From: Fibrobacteria bacterium
Lineage (GTDB): Bacteria; Fibrobacterota; Fibrobacteria; UBA11236
Reading direction: 5' to 3'
Assembly: GCA_043745805.1 (NCBI GenBank)
Contig: JAYTSD010000020.1
Coordinates: forward strand, 145,527-209,526
DNA length: 64,000 nt
In this document: positions 18,623 to 28,746 of the stretch, piece after piece
Numbering within the stretch: the first letter of the stretch is position 1
Layout of the letters: each line of letters begins with the position of its first letter
Notes under the pieces: generated by a model
What the model saw: the letters and a program-made list of their open reading frames with translations, nothing else
Databases searched by the model: none
Told to the model about the DNA's origin: nothing
Made by a program: the position numbers and the translations under genes

Positions 18623-19795
18623 ATGGCAAAACATCTCTTCACCTCTGAATCTGTATCCATGGGTCATCCCGATAAAATGGCGGATCAAATTTCTGATTCT
18701 ATTCTCGACGCAATGCTCGAACAAGATCCAAAAAGCCGCGTGGCTTGCGAAACCTTAATCACTACCGGTTTGGTTGTGGTGGCCGGTGAGATCACTACCA
18801 AAGCGAATATTGATTTTCAAAAAGTGGTGCGCGACGCGATAGGTCGTACAGGTTACACCGATGCGGCTTTTGGTTTTGATAATAAAACTTGCGGTGTGAT
18901 GATAGCACTGGATAAACAAAGCCCAGATATTTCCCAAGGCGTTAGCGAAGGCGAAGGCAAATTTAAAGAACAAGGCGCTGGCGACCAAGGTATGATGTTT
19001 GGTTTTGCATGTGATGAAACCGAAGAATTAATGCCTATGCCTATTCATTTGGCGCATCGTTTGATTGAAAAAATTACTGAACTTCGCGAAAACAAAACTT
19101 TAAATTACTTGCGTCCCGATGCAAAATCCCAAGTTACTGTGGAATATGTAGATGGCAAGCCTAAGCGTATTGACACGGTTGTGCTTTCTACCCAGCATGA
19201 TGAAAATGTTACGCATGCAACCATTGAAAAAGATATTATTGAAAAAGTTGTGCGCGCGGTTATTCCTGCGAATTTACTCGATACCCAAACCAAGTTTTTT
19301 ATTAATCCAACCGGCCGCTTTGTAGTAGGCGGTCCTATGGGCGATTGCGGTTTAACGGGCCGTAAAATTATCGTGGATACTTATGGTGGCATGGGCCGTC
19401 ATGGTGGCGGTGCTTTCTCGGGCAAAGATCCTTCTAAGGTGGATCGTAGTGCCGCGTATGCTGCACGTTACGTTGCGAAAAATATCGTAGCCGCTGGTTT
19501 GGCTACCAAATGCGAAGTGCAAGTGGCTTATGCCATTGGTTATGCTAAACCAGTTTCGGTCTTTGTAGAAACTTTTGGAACTGGCAAAATTCCTCAGGAA
19601 GCTTTGGAAAAATTAGTGAGCGAACATTTTGATCTCACGCCTGCCGGCATTGTTAGCACTTTGGATTTGCTCAAGCCACGTTATAAAGCCACCGCCGTGC
19701 ATGGCCATTTTGGTCGCAAAGGCGATAGCTTTACTTGGGAAAAAACCGATAAAGCGGCTGCTTTGAAAGAAGCTGCTAAAGCGTATTTAAAATAA
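18623..19795 (+). CDS. metK: S-adenosylmethionine synthetase
   Basis: [33 protein letters not shown] and [16 protein letters not shown] motifs. Confidence 0.99.
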   Translation: MAKHLFTSESVSMGHPDKMADQISDSILDAMLEQDPKSRVACETLITTGLVVVAGEITTKANIDFQKVVRDAIGRTGYTDAAFGFDNKTCGVMIALDKQSPDISQGVSEGEGKFKEQGAGDQGMMFGFACDETEELMPMPIHLAHRLIEKITELRENKTLNYLRPDAKSQVTVEYVDGKPKRIDTVVLSTQHDENVTHATIEKDIIEKVVRAVIPANLLDTQTKFFINPTGRFVVGGPMGDCGLTGRKIIVDTYGGMGRHGGGAFSGKDPSKVDRSAAYAARYVAKNIVAAGLATKCEVQVAYAIGYAKPVSVFVETFGTGKIPQEALEKLVSEHFDLTPAGIVSTLDLLKPRYKATAVHGHFGRKGDSFTWEKTDKAAALKEAAKAYLK

Positions 19796-19862
19796 TCATC
19801 AGTAGTCAATTGAGTAATTAAAAGAACTAATCAAAAAACTATCAAAAGAAATAAGGAAAAAT

Positions 19863-21293
19863 ATGACAACAGCTTCTCCTTCTACCGCTAAAGTGGAAAA
19901 CGATTTTCACGTAGCCGATCTCAGCTTATCAGAATTCGGTCGTAAAGAAATCATTATTGCCGAAAAAGAAATGCCAGGACTTATGTCTTTGCGTGCTAAG
20001 TATGGCAAATTAAAACCATTAAAAGGCGCACGTGTTATGGGCTCTTTGCACATGACTATTCAAACCGCCGTATTGATTGAAACGCTCGTAGAATTAGGCG
20101 CCGATGTGCGTTGGGCTTCTTGCAATATTTTCTCCACTCAAGATCATGCGGCTGCGGCGATTGCTACAGCTGGCGTTCCAGTATTCGCTTGGAAAGGCGA
20201 AACCTTGGTTGAGTATTGGGATTGCACTTTCAAAGCTTTGGCATTTCCTGGTGGACTTGGCCCGCAATTGATTGTGGATGATGGTGGCGATGCCACTTTA
20301 TTGATTCACTGGGGCGTAAAGGCGGAGAAAGATGCTTCTTTCTTGGATCGCAAACCTGGCAGTGAAGAAGAAGGAGTCATCTTAGAGTTACTTAAGAAGA
20401 CTTTGAAAACGCATCCTGGAATTTGGACACGTTATATGAAGGATTGGAAAGGCGTTTCCGAAGAAACTACTACCGGCGTTCATCGTTTATACCAAATGAT
20501 GCAAAAGGGTGAATTAATGGTTCCTGCTATCAATGTGAACGATAGTGTGACCAAGAGCAAGTTTGATAATTTATATGGCTGTCGCGAATCTTTGGCCGAC
20601 GGTATCAAGCGTGCTACGGATGTGATGGTTGCCGGTAAAGTGGCTGTGGTTTGTGGCTATGGCGATGTAGGCAAAGGTTGCGCTCAAAGTATGCGCGGCT
20701 TTGGCGCTCGAGTGATTGTGAATGAAATCGATCCCATTTGCGCTTTGCAAGCCGCAATGGAAGGTTACAAAGTAGCTCCAGTAGAAGATGCATTACCCGA
20801 AGGAAATCTTTATATAACAACTACAGGTAATGTTGGCGTTATCACTGCCGAACATATGAGCAAGATGAAAGATCAAAGCATTGTTTGCAATATCGGTCAT
20901 TTCGATAGCGAAATTGATGTTGTTGGTTTGCAGACTTGGCCTGGCATCAAAAAAGAAAATATCAAACCCCAAGTGGACAAATATATTTTCCCTGATGGCC
21001 ATGAAATTTATCTCTTAGCCGAAGGCCGTTTGGTTAACTTAGGTTGCGCTACAGGCCATCCTAGTTTTGTAATGTCTAGCTCTTTCACCAATCAAACTTT
21101 AGCACAAATTGATTTGTGGACCAATCCTCGTCCAGTCGGTGTTTACACTTTGTCTAAACAATTGGACGAAGAAGTAGCTCGTTTACATTTGGAAAAGTTG
21201 GGTGTAAAGCTCACGAAGCTTTCTAAAGTTCAAAGCGACTATATTAGCGTTCCGGTTGAAGGCCCTTATAAGCCTGATCATTATCGCTATTAG
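19863..21293 (+). CDS. ahcY: Adenosylhomocysteinase
   Basis: [42 protein letters not shown] and [14 protein letters not shown] motifs. Confidence 0.99.
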   Translation: MTTASPSTAKVENDFHVADLSLSEFGRKEIIIAEKEMPGLMSLRAKYGKLKPLKGARVMGSLHMTIQTAVLIETLVELGADVRWASCNIFSTQDHAAAAIATAGVPVFAWKGETLVEYWDCTFKALAFPGGLGPQLIVDDGGDATLLIHWGVKAEKDASFLDRKPGSEEEGVILELLKKTLKTHPGIWTRYMKDWKGVSEETTTGVHRLYQMMQKGELMVPAINVNDSVTKSKFDNLYGCRESLADGIKRATDVMVAGKVAVVCGYGDVGKGCAQSMRGFGARVIVNEIDPICALQAAMEGYKVAPVEDALPEGNLYITTTGNVGVITAEHMSKMKDQSIVCNIGHFDSEIDVVGLQTWPGIKKENIKPQVDKYIFPDGHEIYLLAEGRLVNLGCATGHPSFVMSSSFTNQTLAQIDLWTNPRPVGVYTLSKQLDEEVARLHLEKLGVKLTKLSKVQSDYISVPVEGPYKPDHYRY

Positions 21294-21317
21294 TAGTCGA
21301 TAAAATTTTTAAAAATT

Positions 21318-21347
21318 AAAGCCTCCGTTTTCACGGAGGCTTTTTTT
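21318..21347 (+). terminator. Intrinsic terminator after ahcY (possibly bidirectional)
   Basis: aaagcctccgt-tttc-acggaggcttttttt. Confidence 0.88.
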
Positions 21348-21374
21348 ATGAACGCTATTTTAAATGTAAATAGC

Positions 21375-22232
21375 TTATGTAGCAAACACTTTGCTTTTCA
21401 ATAAACAAAAGGCTCTTTCCCCTTTTTGTAAAGCATCGGGCCTTGCATCACGTACATTGTCTACTGGTGTGAATTGCAAAATTTCCCAACCCGTTCTATG
21501 CAATATTCTTTTGAGACTGGCTTCGGTAAATATCCAATAATTGGTTGGATCATTATTCAGTTCATCGTCATTTAAAAAGTAAGCGATGGGCTCTTCTCGC
21601 ATGTCAATAGTACTTCCGGGCAGGCGAGAGAATATACGCGTATTAAAAAACATATACTCCGTGTGTTTGGCAAAATACTCCAAGGCATAATAAGGGTTTT
21701 TTAAATGATAGAGTAGGCCTGCAAAAAATATGGTGCCGAAGCGTTTTACGGGTAAAGTAAAAAAGCTATCCAAATCCATATCGTGAATTTCAATTTTAGA
21801 TTGACGTTCTTTTTTTAAGAGATGCGCGCCTTCGAGTTCATTGCAATTGGTCGGCGCATGATCAATCACATGCAGATTTTTAACTCCCAAGCTTTCTAAG
21901 AAAAAAGCCATGTCGCCATCCGCAGCGCCAATATCTCCCACTGGTTTATCACCTAGGAGGGAAAGAATATCGCGATATTTTCCGCGTAATAATTGATTCC
22001 ATTCCTTGAAAGTTCCGAGTGTGCTATGAGGGTACCAGACATGGGCCAGATTGGAAAATGTCAAACGATCCTTAATCTGCTTTTGTTCGGCATCAAAGGC
22101 CTTACTTTTCATCAGCAAATTGAATAATGGATCTTTAGCATCACATAATTCTTCGGTATTGGAATCATACGGCGAAGTCCATTCTTTGATCCAAGTTTTC
22201 ATTTGATCCACGGGGCCTTTATTCATGTTCAC
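21375..22232 (-). CDS. Class I SAM-dependent methyltransferase (CmoB/DUF1698-like)
   Basis: Motif I VGDIGAADG and the FAGLLYHLKNP motif. Confidence 0.75.
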   Translation of the reverse strand: MNMNKGPVDQMKTWIKEWTSPYDSNTEELCDAKDPLFNLLMKSKAFDAEQKQIKDRLTFSNLAHVWYPHSTLGTFKEWNQLLRGKYRDILSLLGDKPVGDIGAADGDMAFFLESLGVKNLHVIDHAPTNCNELEGAHLLKKERQSKIEIHDMDLDSFFTLPVKRFGTIFFAGLLYHLKNPYYALEYFAKHTEYMFFNTRIFSRLPGSTIDMREEPIAYFLNDDELNNDPTNYWIFTEASLKRILHRTGWEILQFTPVDNVRDARPDALQKGERAFCLLKSKVFAT

Positions 22233-22247
22233 TCCGTATAAATTGAT

Positions 22248-23476
22248 TTAAAAAAGATGAATAGGAAAAGTATGACTTTGATCACCCTCATCCATTTTTA
22301 GAAAATAAATGCCAGGTTTAAGATTATGCATATCCATAATCCATTCATGGTCATTCGCTTTAAGGAAAAGTTTTTCCATTGCTATCACTTTTCCCGTAAC
22401 ATGGAAGAGACGGACATTTGAGCAGAAGCATTTTTCAATTTCCATATTTTATTACCCACCGATTGCCAAGTCCATAAGGCTTTGGGTTTGGCCAAGGGCT
22501 CAATTCCTGCATTGAGATCGCAGTGACTTTTCCAAGTAATTTTTGCTCCTCCATCTACTATTTCAAAATCAGTGACCTTGATAATATCCAAGTCCCGCGT
22601 TCCCAAAAGCCCATTCCATTTAATGCTGGAGAATTGATCGCTTTGTCCCATTAAAGCGATATTGCCTCCGTCGGCGAGAAACATACCATAGGTTTTTAAT
22701 GCTTTAGCCACAGTGCGCGCTGCGGCATTGGGAAGAGAGTCCAAGGGAAAATTCGCACGCAAACGCCAACGCGATCCATAAGGCGGCGTGTCCGCCCCGC
22801 CACTGGCGGTTTTGGTGGCATGGGTGCCTGGATGTACATAGGTTAAATGTTGAATTCTATCATTGGGTAAAGCGAAGCGAATGGCATGTTTAATTTCACC
22901 GGCTTGGACTTCGGCAGGTGAAAACAACAAGGGAGCCATAGGTAACCCCGCTGCGTCGGCACTGCCGCAATCATCCCCTCGGCCTGTAGGCCCATAAACA
23001 CGAGTTAAATCCCATATCGCTAAACAACCACCCTGAAAATTATTACCGATAATATTGGCGCGCCACATTTCATATAATTTTTTAGTAGGACGATGGATAA
23101 CGATTAAATGACAGTCTCCATCTCCTGCGCAAGCATAATTTGTTTCGCCTTCTAAAGCGCCTACAGTTGGAACTGGCACAGCTGCGAGATTGCATTCATC
23201 CGAAAAAAAATTATCCGTTGGCGTAAAGGATTTAAAAGAAGTAGTGGAATTGCCTTCCAATACTTCTATGGAAAAATCCATTTGAAAACGCCCAGTTCCA
23301 AAGCCGCCATTTGTTCTCACGCCTTCAATTATTGAAGCGCTTTGATTATCCAGCGGCGCTTGTGAAATATCTTGCGTCCAAGTCGATCCGGCGGGGAAAT
23401 AATCATACAAGCTTTGCGAATGAGTGATATGGAATGCACAAAGTGCTACTAACCCAAAAGCATACTTATATTTCAT
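22248..23476 (-). CDS. Secreted protein of unknown function; its C-terminal sorting-like domain is in a different frame (frameshift near 22420)
   Basis: ORF 22385-23476 has a signal peptide and a conserved-looking core. The overlapping frame ending at 22248 encodes NVRLFHVTGKVI...HNLKPGIYFLKM, which resembles the C-terminal domains of other secreted proteins here. Confidence 0.7.
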
Positions 23477-23656
23477 GGTTCAATTATCTTTTACTTTAGG
23501 TTTGTAAGCCAATATTTCGCAATTTAAACCAAAAAACAAAAATTAAGGTTTATTACACTACAAATAAATCTATAATAAGTGCGCATTTACTTGATTATTG
23601 CCTTTATTTATTTGTAAATTGAATATACAATACACTACAATGCTGATGGTCCAAAA

Positions 23657-24505
23657 TTGAAATCCATATTTGATTACACCGATTATCGTATTTACTTGCA
23701 AGACTATTATACTTGGGCGAAGGTGCATAAGCGAGGATTTTCGCATCGCGCCTTTTTAGGCCGTGCAGGAATGTCGGGCCCTAATTATTTGAAGCGAGTA
23801 ATGGAAGGTGCGCATAATCTCACAGATAATAGCATTCCTAAATTTGCATTAGCCTTAGAATTAGATGAAGCGCAAGCAAATTATTTTCAGCATTTAGTGC
23901 ATTTCAATCAAGCCAAAACCTTGGAAGAAAAAGATCAATGCTTTGTTGCTTTAATGGAATTGAAATCGCCTTCGGCACAAACGCATAGTGTATTAGAAAA
24001 AGATCAATACGAATATTATTTAAACTGGTACAATGTGGCTTTGCGAGAAATGCTTTCATTTTTCCATTATCAAAATAATCCTGAGGAAATGGGCAAGTTA
24101 CTTATGCCTGCGGTGCCTTCCAAAAAAGTAAAAAAAGCCTTAGAATTATTACAACGCTTGATGATGGTGGAAGCAAAGCCTGACGGGAGTTTAAAGGCCG
24201 CTACCGCTTTTGTAAAATCAAATTCAGAAATAGAATCTTTATTAATTCCTAAATTTCATAAAGCCATGGCCACCTTAGCGGAAGAAGCAATAACGCGTTT
24301 TCCTAAATCCGAACGCCATTTTAGCTCGATAACAGTGAGTTTATCCGAACAAACCTATCACAAAATTATTGAACTCATCCGCACTACCCGCAAACAAGCT
24401 CTGGAGGCTGTTGCGCAGGAGTCTACACCGGATAGAGTTTATCAAATGAATATGCAGCTATTTCCACTTACCGCGCTTAAATTAAAAAAGAAGAAGAGTG
24501 TATGA
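23657..24505 (+). CDS. TIGR02147-family protein (putative HTH regulator with DUF4423-like C-terminus)
   Basis: IFDYTDYRIYLQDYY, FSHRAF..RAG.S, YFQHLVHFNQAK, WYNVALRE and VYQMNMQLFPL motifs. Confidence 0.9.
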   Translation: MKSIFDYTDYRIYLQDYYTWAKVHKRGFSHRAFLGRAGMSGPNYLKRVMEGAHNLTDNSIPKFALALELDEAQANYFQHLVHFNQAKTLEEKDQCFVALMELKSPSAQTHSVLEKDQYEYYLNWYNVALREMLSFFHYQNNPEEMGKLLMPAVPSKKVKKALELLQRLMMVEAKPDGSLKAATAFVKSNSEIESLLIPKFHKAMATLAEEAITRFPKSERHFSSITVSLSEQTYHKIIELIRTTRKQALEAVAQESTPDRVYQMNMQLFPLTALKLKKKKSV

Positions 24506-25584
24506 TGAAAAAAGCCTTTATGCATTTATGGAAAGTAGACCTAGGTCTATGTCTAGTTGCAGGGTTTTTAATTTCATGCCTTGGTGGAACGGGTACGGAA
24601 ACAGAAAATCAAGTACAGGTATTTGCTCCTTTTCCAACGCAAAAGGAATTTACTTTGCAAATGGTCGATCAAAATAATAAGCCATTGGCACTCACTAAAG
24701 TCAGCATTCAAAATGAAGGTTATATTCCAGATTCCTCCGCGGATTTATTAAGCACTAGTAATAGAAAAACCGATAAATCAGGAAATCTGCAAATGGCTTT
24801 TAGTTTTGCGGGTTCATATGTTATAGAAGCTTATGATAGCACGGGCGTTATTCTTTTTGACACCTTGCATGTTACGGGTTCAGGTCCGAAAATAAATTCG
24901 CGTATTTTTAAGGCGCAGGATTTTGCAGAGTTCAAAGGAAAAATAAGTTTACAGTCTTCATTAATTATGGATTCTGCTGCTTTATTTATTCGCGGTACTA
25001 AGCATAGAGTTAATATGGATAAAAAAGGGAATTACAATTTTGGGCGCATGCCTTTGGGCGTTAGTAAAATGGGCATAGGCGCAAATTATTTTGCCAGTCA
25101 AGTTGCGCGTAAAGAATTGAGGGTTAAAATTGTTTCGACCATAATTCCTGCAGATACCACAAAGATTGACACGACATCCACACAACCCACCGTAAAATTA
25201 GACACTACTTATTCCTGTTCTGAATTGCATAATGATACCTTGATGGTGGATTCAGCCAATCAAAATGTGCCTTTGGATTCAGTTCGTAAATCGGAAGACA
25301 TTTATAGTACAAAGGCCATTAAAATATGCAGCTTAGTACCTGGCTCTGTAGTTCAAGTTAGTTCTAATACAAGTGAAAAACTTGCTGCACAATATCAAGT
25401 GATTAATGTTAACGATCAAATAAAAACAAATTTTATAGATACCCTAAAATCTATTTCTTCCAGCTGTATAAAATCATCCACTGAAAAAGAAAATCAAGCT
25501 TTTGATTTGAAATTGGAATCGAATACGACAGGAACACAAATTGTCATACAGGATATTTATAAAGATCCCGTATGTACACCTTAA
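24502..25584 (+). CDS. Lipoprotein with carboxypeptidase-regulatory-like beta-sandwich segments, coupled to the TIGR02147 gene
   Basis: Lipobox FLISC followed by GGTGTETEN, plus TDKSGN and FIRGT....MDKKGNYNF segments. Overlaps the upstream gene by 4 bp. Confidence 0.7.
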   Translation: MMKKAFMHLWKVDLGLCLVAGFLISCLGGTGTETENQVQVFAPFPTQKEFTLQMVDQNNKPLALTKVSIQNEGYIPDSSADLLSTSNRKTDKSGNLQMAFSFAGSYVIEAYDSTGVILFDTLHVTGSGPKINSRIFKAQDFAEFKGKISLQSSLIMDSAALFIRGTKHRVNMDKKGNYNFGRMPLGVSKMGIGANYFASQVARKELRVKIVSTIIPADTTKIDTTSTQPTVKLDTTYSCSELHNDTLMVDSANQNVPLDSVRKSEDIYSTKAIKICSLVPGSVVQVSSNTSEKLAAQYQVINVNDQIKTNFIDTLKSISSSCIKSSTEKENQAFDLKLESNTTGTQIVIQDIYKDPVCTP

Positions 25585-25632
25585 AAGTTTAAGGTAAAAT
25601 TCTTAACGTGCAAAAAACAAAGAGAGTTTGTT

Positions 25633-26124
25633 TTAAGAAAAATTTTCGGATTCAAATTGTTGATGGTTTTTTTTCCACCAATCCGCCCATTGATCCATCA
25701 TTCTTTTTTTACCTGCGAAGTCGGTATATTCCAAAGATCCAAAATTTTTACCTGAAAATCCTTCAAGTACTTTCCGAGCGATTTTATTAGTACGCATTGG
25801 TGGGTAGCCCAAAACCATTTCTTCTTCGGTAAGCAATTGGATTAAGGTGGATACACCTGTAAAGCAATTCATGGAGACTAGGGCTTGAGCAGCCGCTAAA
25901 CGTACGCTGACGCTACTATCCTTTAAAGCTTTAATAAATTGTGGAAACAGTATTGGGTCATGGTATTCACTTAATGCGGTGATAGCCACCCAGCGCGTAA
26001 ATTCATGTTGGCTTTGCAATAATTCCAGCAAAGTGCTAATCTGCTCAGAGTTTTTCAGAATCTTTTCGTCCAAACCTCTGTTTTCCCCAGAAAGTTGATT
26101 TTGTGAGCCGGTTGTTTTTTGCAT
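25633..26124 (-). CDS. HEAT-repeat protein
   Basis: LLQSQHEFTRWVAITAL and ALKDSSVSVRLAAAQAL repeats; ends with W.DWWK. Confidence 0.8.
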   Translation of the reverse strand: MQKTTGSQNQLSGENRGLDEKILKNSEQISTLLELLQSQHEFTRWVAITALSEYHDPILFPQFIKALKDSSVSVRLAAAQALVSMNCFTGVSTLIQLLTEEEMVLGYPPMRTNKIARKVLEGFSGKNFGSLEYTDFAGKKRMMDQWADWWKKNHQQFESENFS

Positions 26125-26412
26125 AAGTAAAACCTTTGTCTAAAGGAATTGAGTAGACTATCCCTTAGACTTTTCCCCAACTGCAAAATGTAACCTTGTT
26201 GTTGAAAAAGTTTACATATTTTAAGATTTACCCCGAAAATTCGAGTAAATATGGCATGCGCTTTTAATTAAAAACTAAACCAAAACAAAAAATACGTGAG
26301 ATTTTAGAGCTATTTAAGTTGTTAAAGGCTTCAGAGATCCTTTAGTCGAGTAAGGGTTCGAAAAAACTAGACTCAGGTATCAGCCACTCCTATGCTCTAA
26401 GATAGAGGGTAT

Positions 26413-28083
26413 ATGCGAATTAATTTTCAAAAGTTGATTGTATTTTCATTGGCAATCGTAGTGTGGAGTGGGAAAGCTTTTGCAAGCTCTCCAGATTTAC
26501 GTTTTGGTTTTGTGGGAACGGGTGGATTGTCTTTTGCCAAAAAATTTGGATTAGAATATTTCACTTTAGAAGGGAATTATACAGCAGGTCAGGGGCAAAT
26601 ATTTTCATCCGTAAATCCTATAAACGATCCTCCCATGGGTAAAAAAGTTCTGCGCGAAGTGGCCAAGCTTAATGTCAGAAATGATAGTTTAGGGGAAAAT
26701 AATTCACAATTTCAATCTCGTTTTGAAACCTATAGTACTAATTTAACGACTTGGTATTTAATGGGAAGTTTTGGGACGAAACCAAAATTCACTTGGTATG
26801 CACCTAATCCTCAAAAATTAGTAGCTGCCGAAAGTACACAAATTTTAGAAACAATGCGTCGAGAAAAAACCAAGTCTATCGCTGGAACCGTATGGGAAAT
26901 TGGTAATGAACCGAATGTATTTCCTGCTATTTTGCCGGAAGAATATGCAGCAATTGTTACGGTGTATACGCGACTAATTAAAGCAGAAGATGCTAATGCA
27001 CAAATCGCTTTAGGCTCTTTGTTTATGCCGGAAACCGCACCGGATCTTAAAATTAAAATTGAAGAAGAATTAAGAATAAAACTGCAAGCGAGCTTAACTA
27101 AGGCGGGAGTTTATAATTCTTTAGTGTCTATGGGTAAGTATAATTCACTCGCTAATGATTTAAAAAACACTTTATTTAGTCGCATTTTAAATCAGGGCAG
27201 CAAAGAGTATTTAGATAAGGTGCTCGCAGCGTTACCCTCCGATGTAAATCCTAACTTGCTATCTTTGCATATTTATCCTTATGATGATCGTACACCGTAT
27301 TTACAAAATGCAGATTTTAAAAAAATAATTGATTCGACATTGGGAGCTATTACCAATGCTTGGCAAACAAAAAACATTAGTCATTTGTGGATAACTGAGT
27401 TTGGAAATATCAATGCTAGCTTAAGCGAAAGTGAAGTGGCGTCACAATTGGAAAATTTGCTGAATATCTTTTCCGCAAATGCTCAAATTGAAAAATGGTT
27501 GTATTATAAAGCCACCGGAGCTGATGAACAATTTGCTTTAGTAAGTTCGGGTCCAGCGCCGCTCACACGATTGTCGATGACAACCGATTTCAATCCCAAT
27601 GAAGCTGATTTTTCTTGTTCGCATTTAAATAGTATAGGTACTCTGTACTATTTAAGAGGTACGGGTAAGGTTTGCAGCGACCCAATTCCGAATCATGCTC
27701 CCGCTATTATTGCTTTACTTGTTTCCAAAGATAGTCTCGTATTGGGGGATTCCATACTCATACAAGTGCAGGCTTCTGACAGCGATGGCGATAGCTTACA
27801 ATATTATTGGTTACGTAACGGGAAAGATACCCTAGCTAAGGCCAAAGAATTTATTTGGAAACCCTTGAGTATTGGACAAGATACTTTACAAGCTCAGGTG
27901 GGAGACGGTCATGGCGCATTTGCAAAGCAAAATTTTATTGTGGTGATTAAGGCGGCCTCAATTCCGGTGAGAATTATTTCATCACATCAGATAGCCACTC
28001 CCTTTATTAAGCCTAACATAATCGATTGGCATTTCGAAGCCCGAAGGCGAATCTTGAATGGCAGAGAAAAACATAGGCTTTGA
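26413..28083 (+). CDS. Secreted clan GH-A glycoside hydrolase-like protein with C-terminal Ig-like domain
   Basis: Signal peptide, WEIGNEPN (acid/base), SLHIYP, WITEFG (nucleophile), and NHAPAI...ASDSDGDSLQYYW Ig-like domain. Confidence 0.7.
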   Translation: MRINFQKLIVFSLAIVVWSGKAFASSPDLRFGFVGTGGLSFAKKFGLEYFTLEGNYTAGQGQIFSSVNPINDPPMGKKVLREVAKLNVRNDSLGENNSQFQSRFETYSTNLTTWYLMGSFGTKPKFTWYAPNPQKLVAAESTQILETMRREKTKSIAGTVWEIGNEPNVFPAILPEEYAAIVTVYTRLIKAEDANAQIALGSLFMPETAPDLKIKIEEELRIKLQASLTKAGVYNSLVSMGKYNSLANDLKNTLFSRILNQGSKEYLDKVLAALPSDVNPNLLSLHIYPYDDRTPYLQNADFKKIIDSTLGAITNAWQTKNISHLWITEFGNINASLSESEVASQLENLLNIFSANAQIEKWLYYKATGADEQFALVSSGPAPLTRLSMTTDFNPNEADFSCSHLNSIGTLYYLRGTGKVCSDPIPNHAPAIIALLVSKDSLVLGDSILIQVQASDSDGDSLQYYWLRNGKDTLAKAKEFIWKPLSIGQDTLQAQVGDGHGAFAKQNFIVVIKAASIPVRIISSHQIATPFIKPNIIDWHFEARRRILNGREKHRL

Positions 28084-28107
28084 GAAATATTTTGTTAAAC
28101 TTGTTTG

Positions 28108-28458
28108 ATGAATAGTATCAATGAAACTCTAGAAATTCTCAGCGAAGCTGATGCGGAAAAAATATACGAGGAATCTTCCCATTTCCCCTTGCTCATTTAT
28201 AAGCACAGTCCCATTTGTCCAACCAGTTTTTATGCACAAAAAGAATGGCAAAAATTTCTTGCGACTAGTCCACAAATAAAAACCTATTGGGTCAATGTGA
28301 TTGCCTCTCGCAAAGCTTCACAAAACATTGCTGCCTTGACGGATATACGCCATCAATCTCCACAGATTTTATTATTACAAAATAGGGTCTGTATTTGGAA
28401 TGTCAGCCATGAGCAAATTATTTGGGAAGCGATTGCCGAGCAAGTAAAAAAACTTTAG
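28108..28458 (+). CDS. ytxJ: YtxJ/DUF2847 monothiol thioredoxin-fold protein
   Basis: KHSPICPTS and IRHQSPQ motifs, and W..SH..I near the C-terminus. Confidence 0.85.
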   Translation: MNSINETLEILSEADAEKIYEESSHFPLLIYKHSPICPTSFYAQKEWQKFLATSPQIKTYWVNVIASRKASQNIAALTDIRHQSPQILLLQNRVCIWNVSHEQIIWEAIAEQVKKL

Positions 28459-28629
28459 AAGCTCTACGATAGTATGTTACTGGGATAATACTGTAATACA
28501 AAGTAAAATTGCATTTAGTGCGCAATAAAATCGAAATATCAGCCATTTAATACCATTGCTAAATGCCCGTGTTAACTAGGGTTGTGTCTTTTAAAGCCAT
28601 AAATAATTACTATCTAACTCGTAGAGTGT

Positions 28630-28648
28630 CGAGGCGATTATGACCCCA
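28630..28648. promoter_or_regulatory. 19-bp imperfect palindrome (candidate operator), copy 1
   Basis: cgaggcgattatgacccca, about 100 bp upstream of the 28747 gene. Similar sequences occur at 33300, 51959, 55048 and 60229. Confidence 0.55.
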
Positions 28649-28746
28649 CCGCTAAACTTCTCGATCTAGGAAAGAGTTTTATTAATGCTTATTTCGATAA
28701 CATAGCTTGGGGGTTGGCTATGAGATAATTCACATCGGAGTATTTA

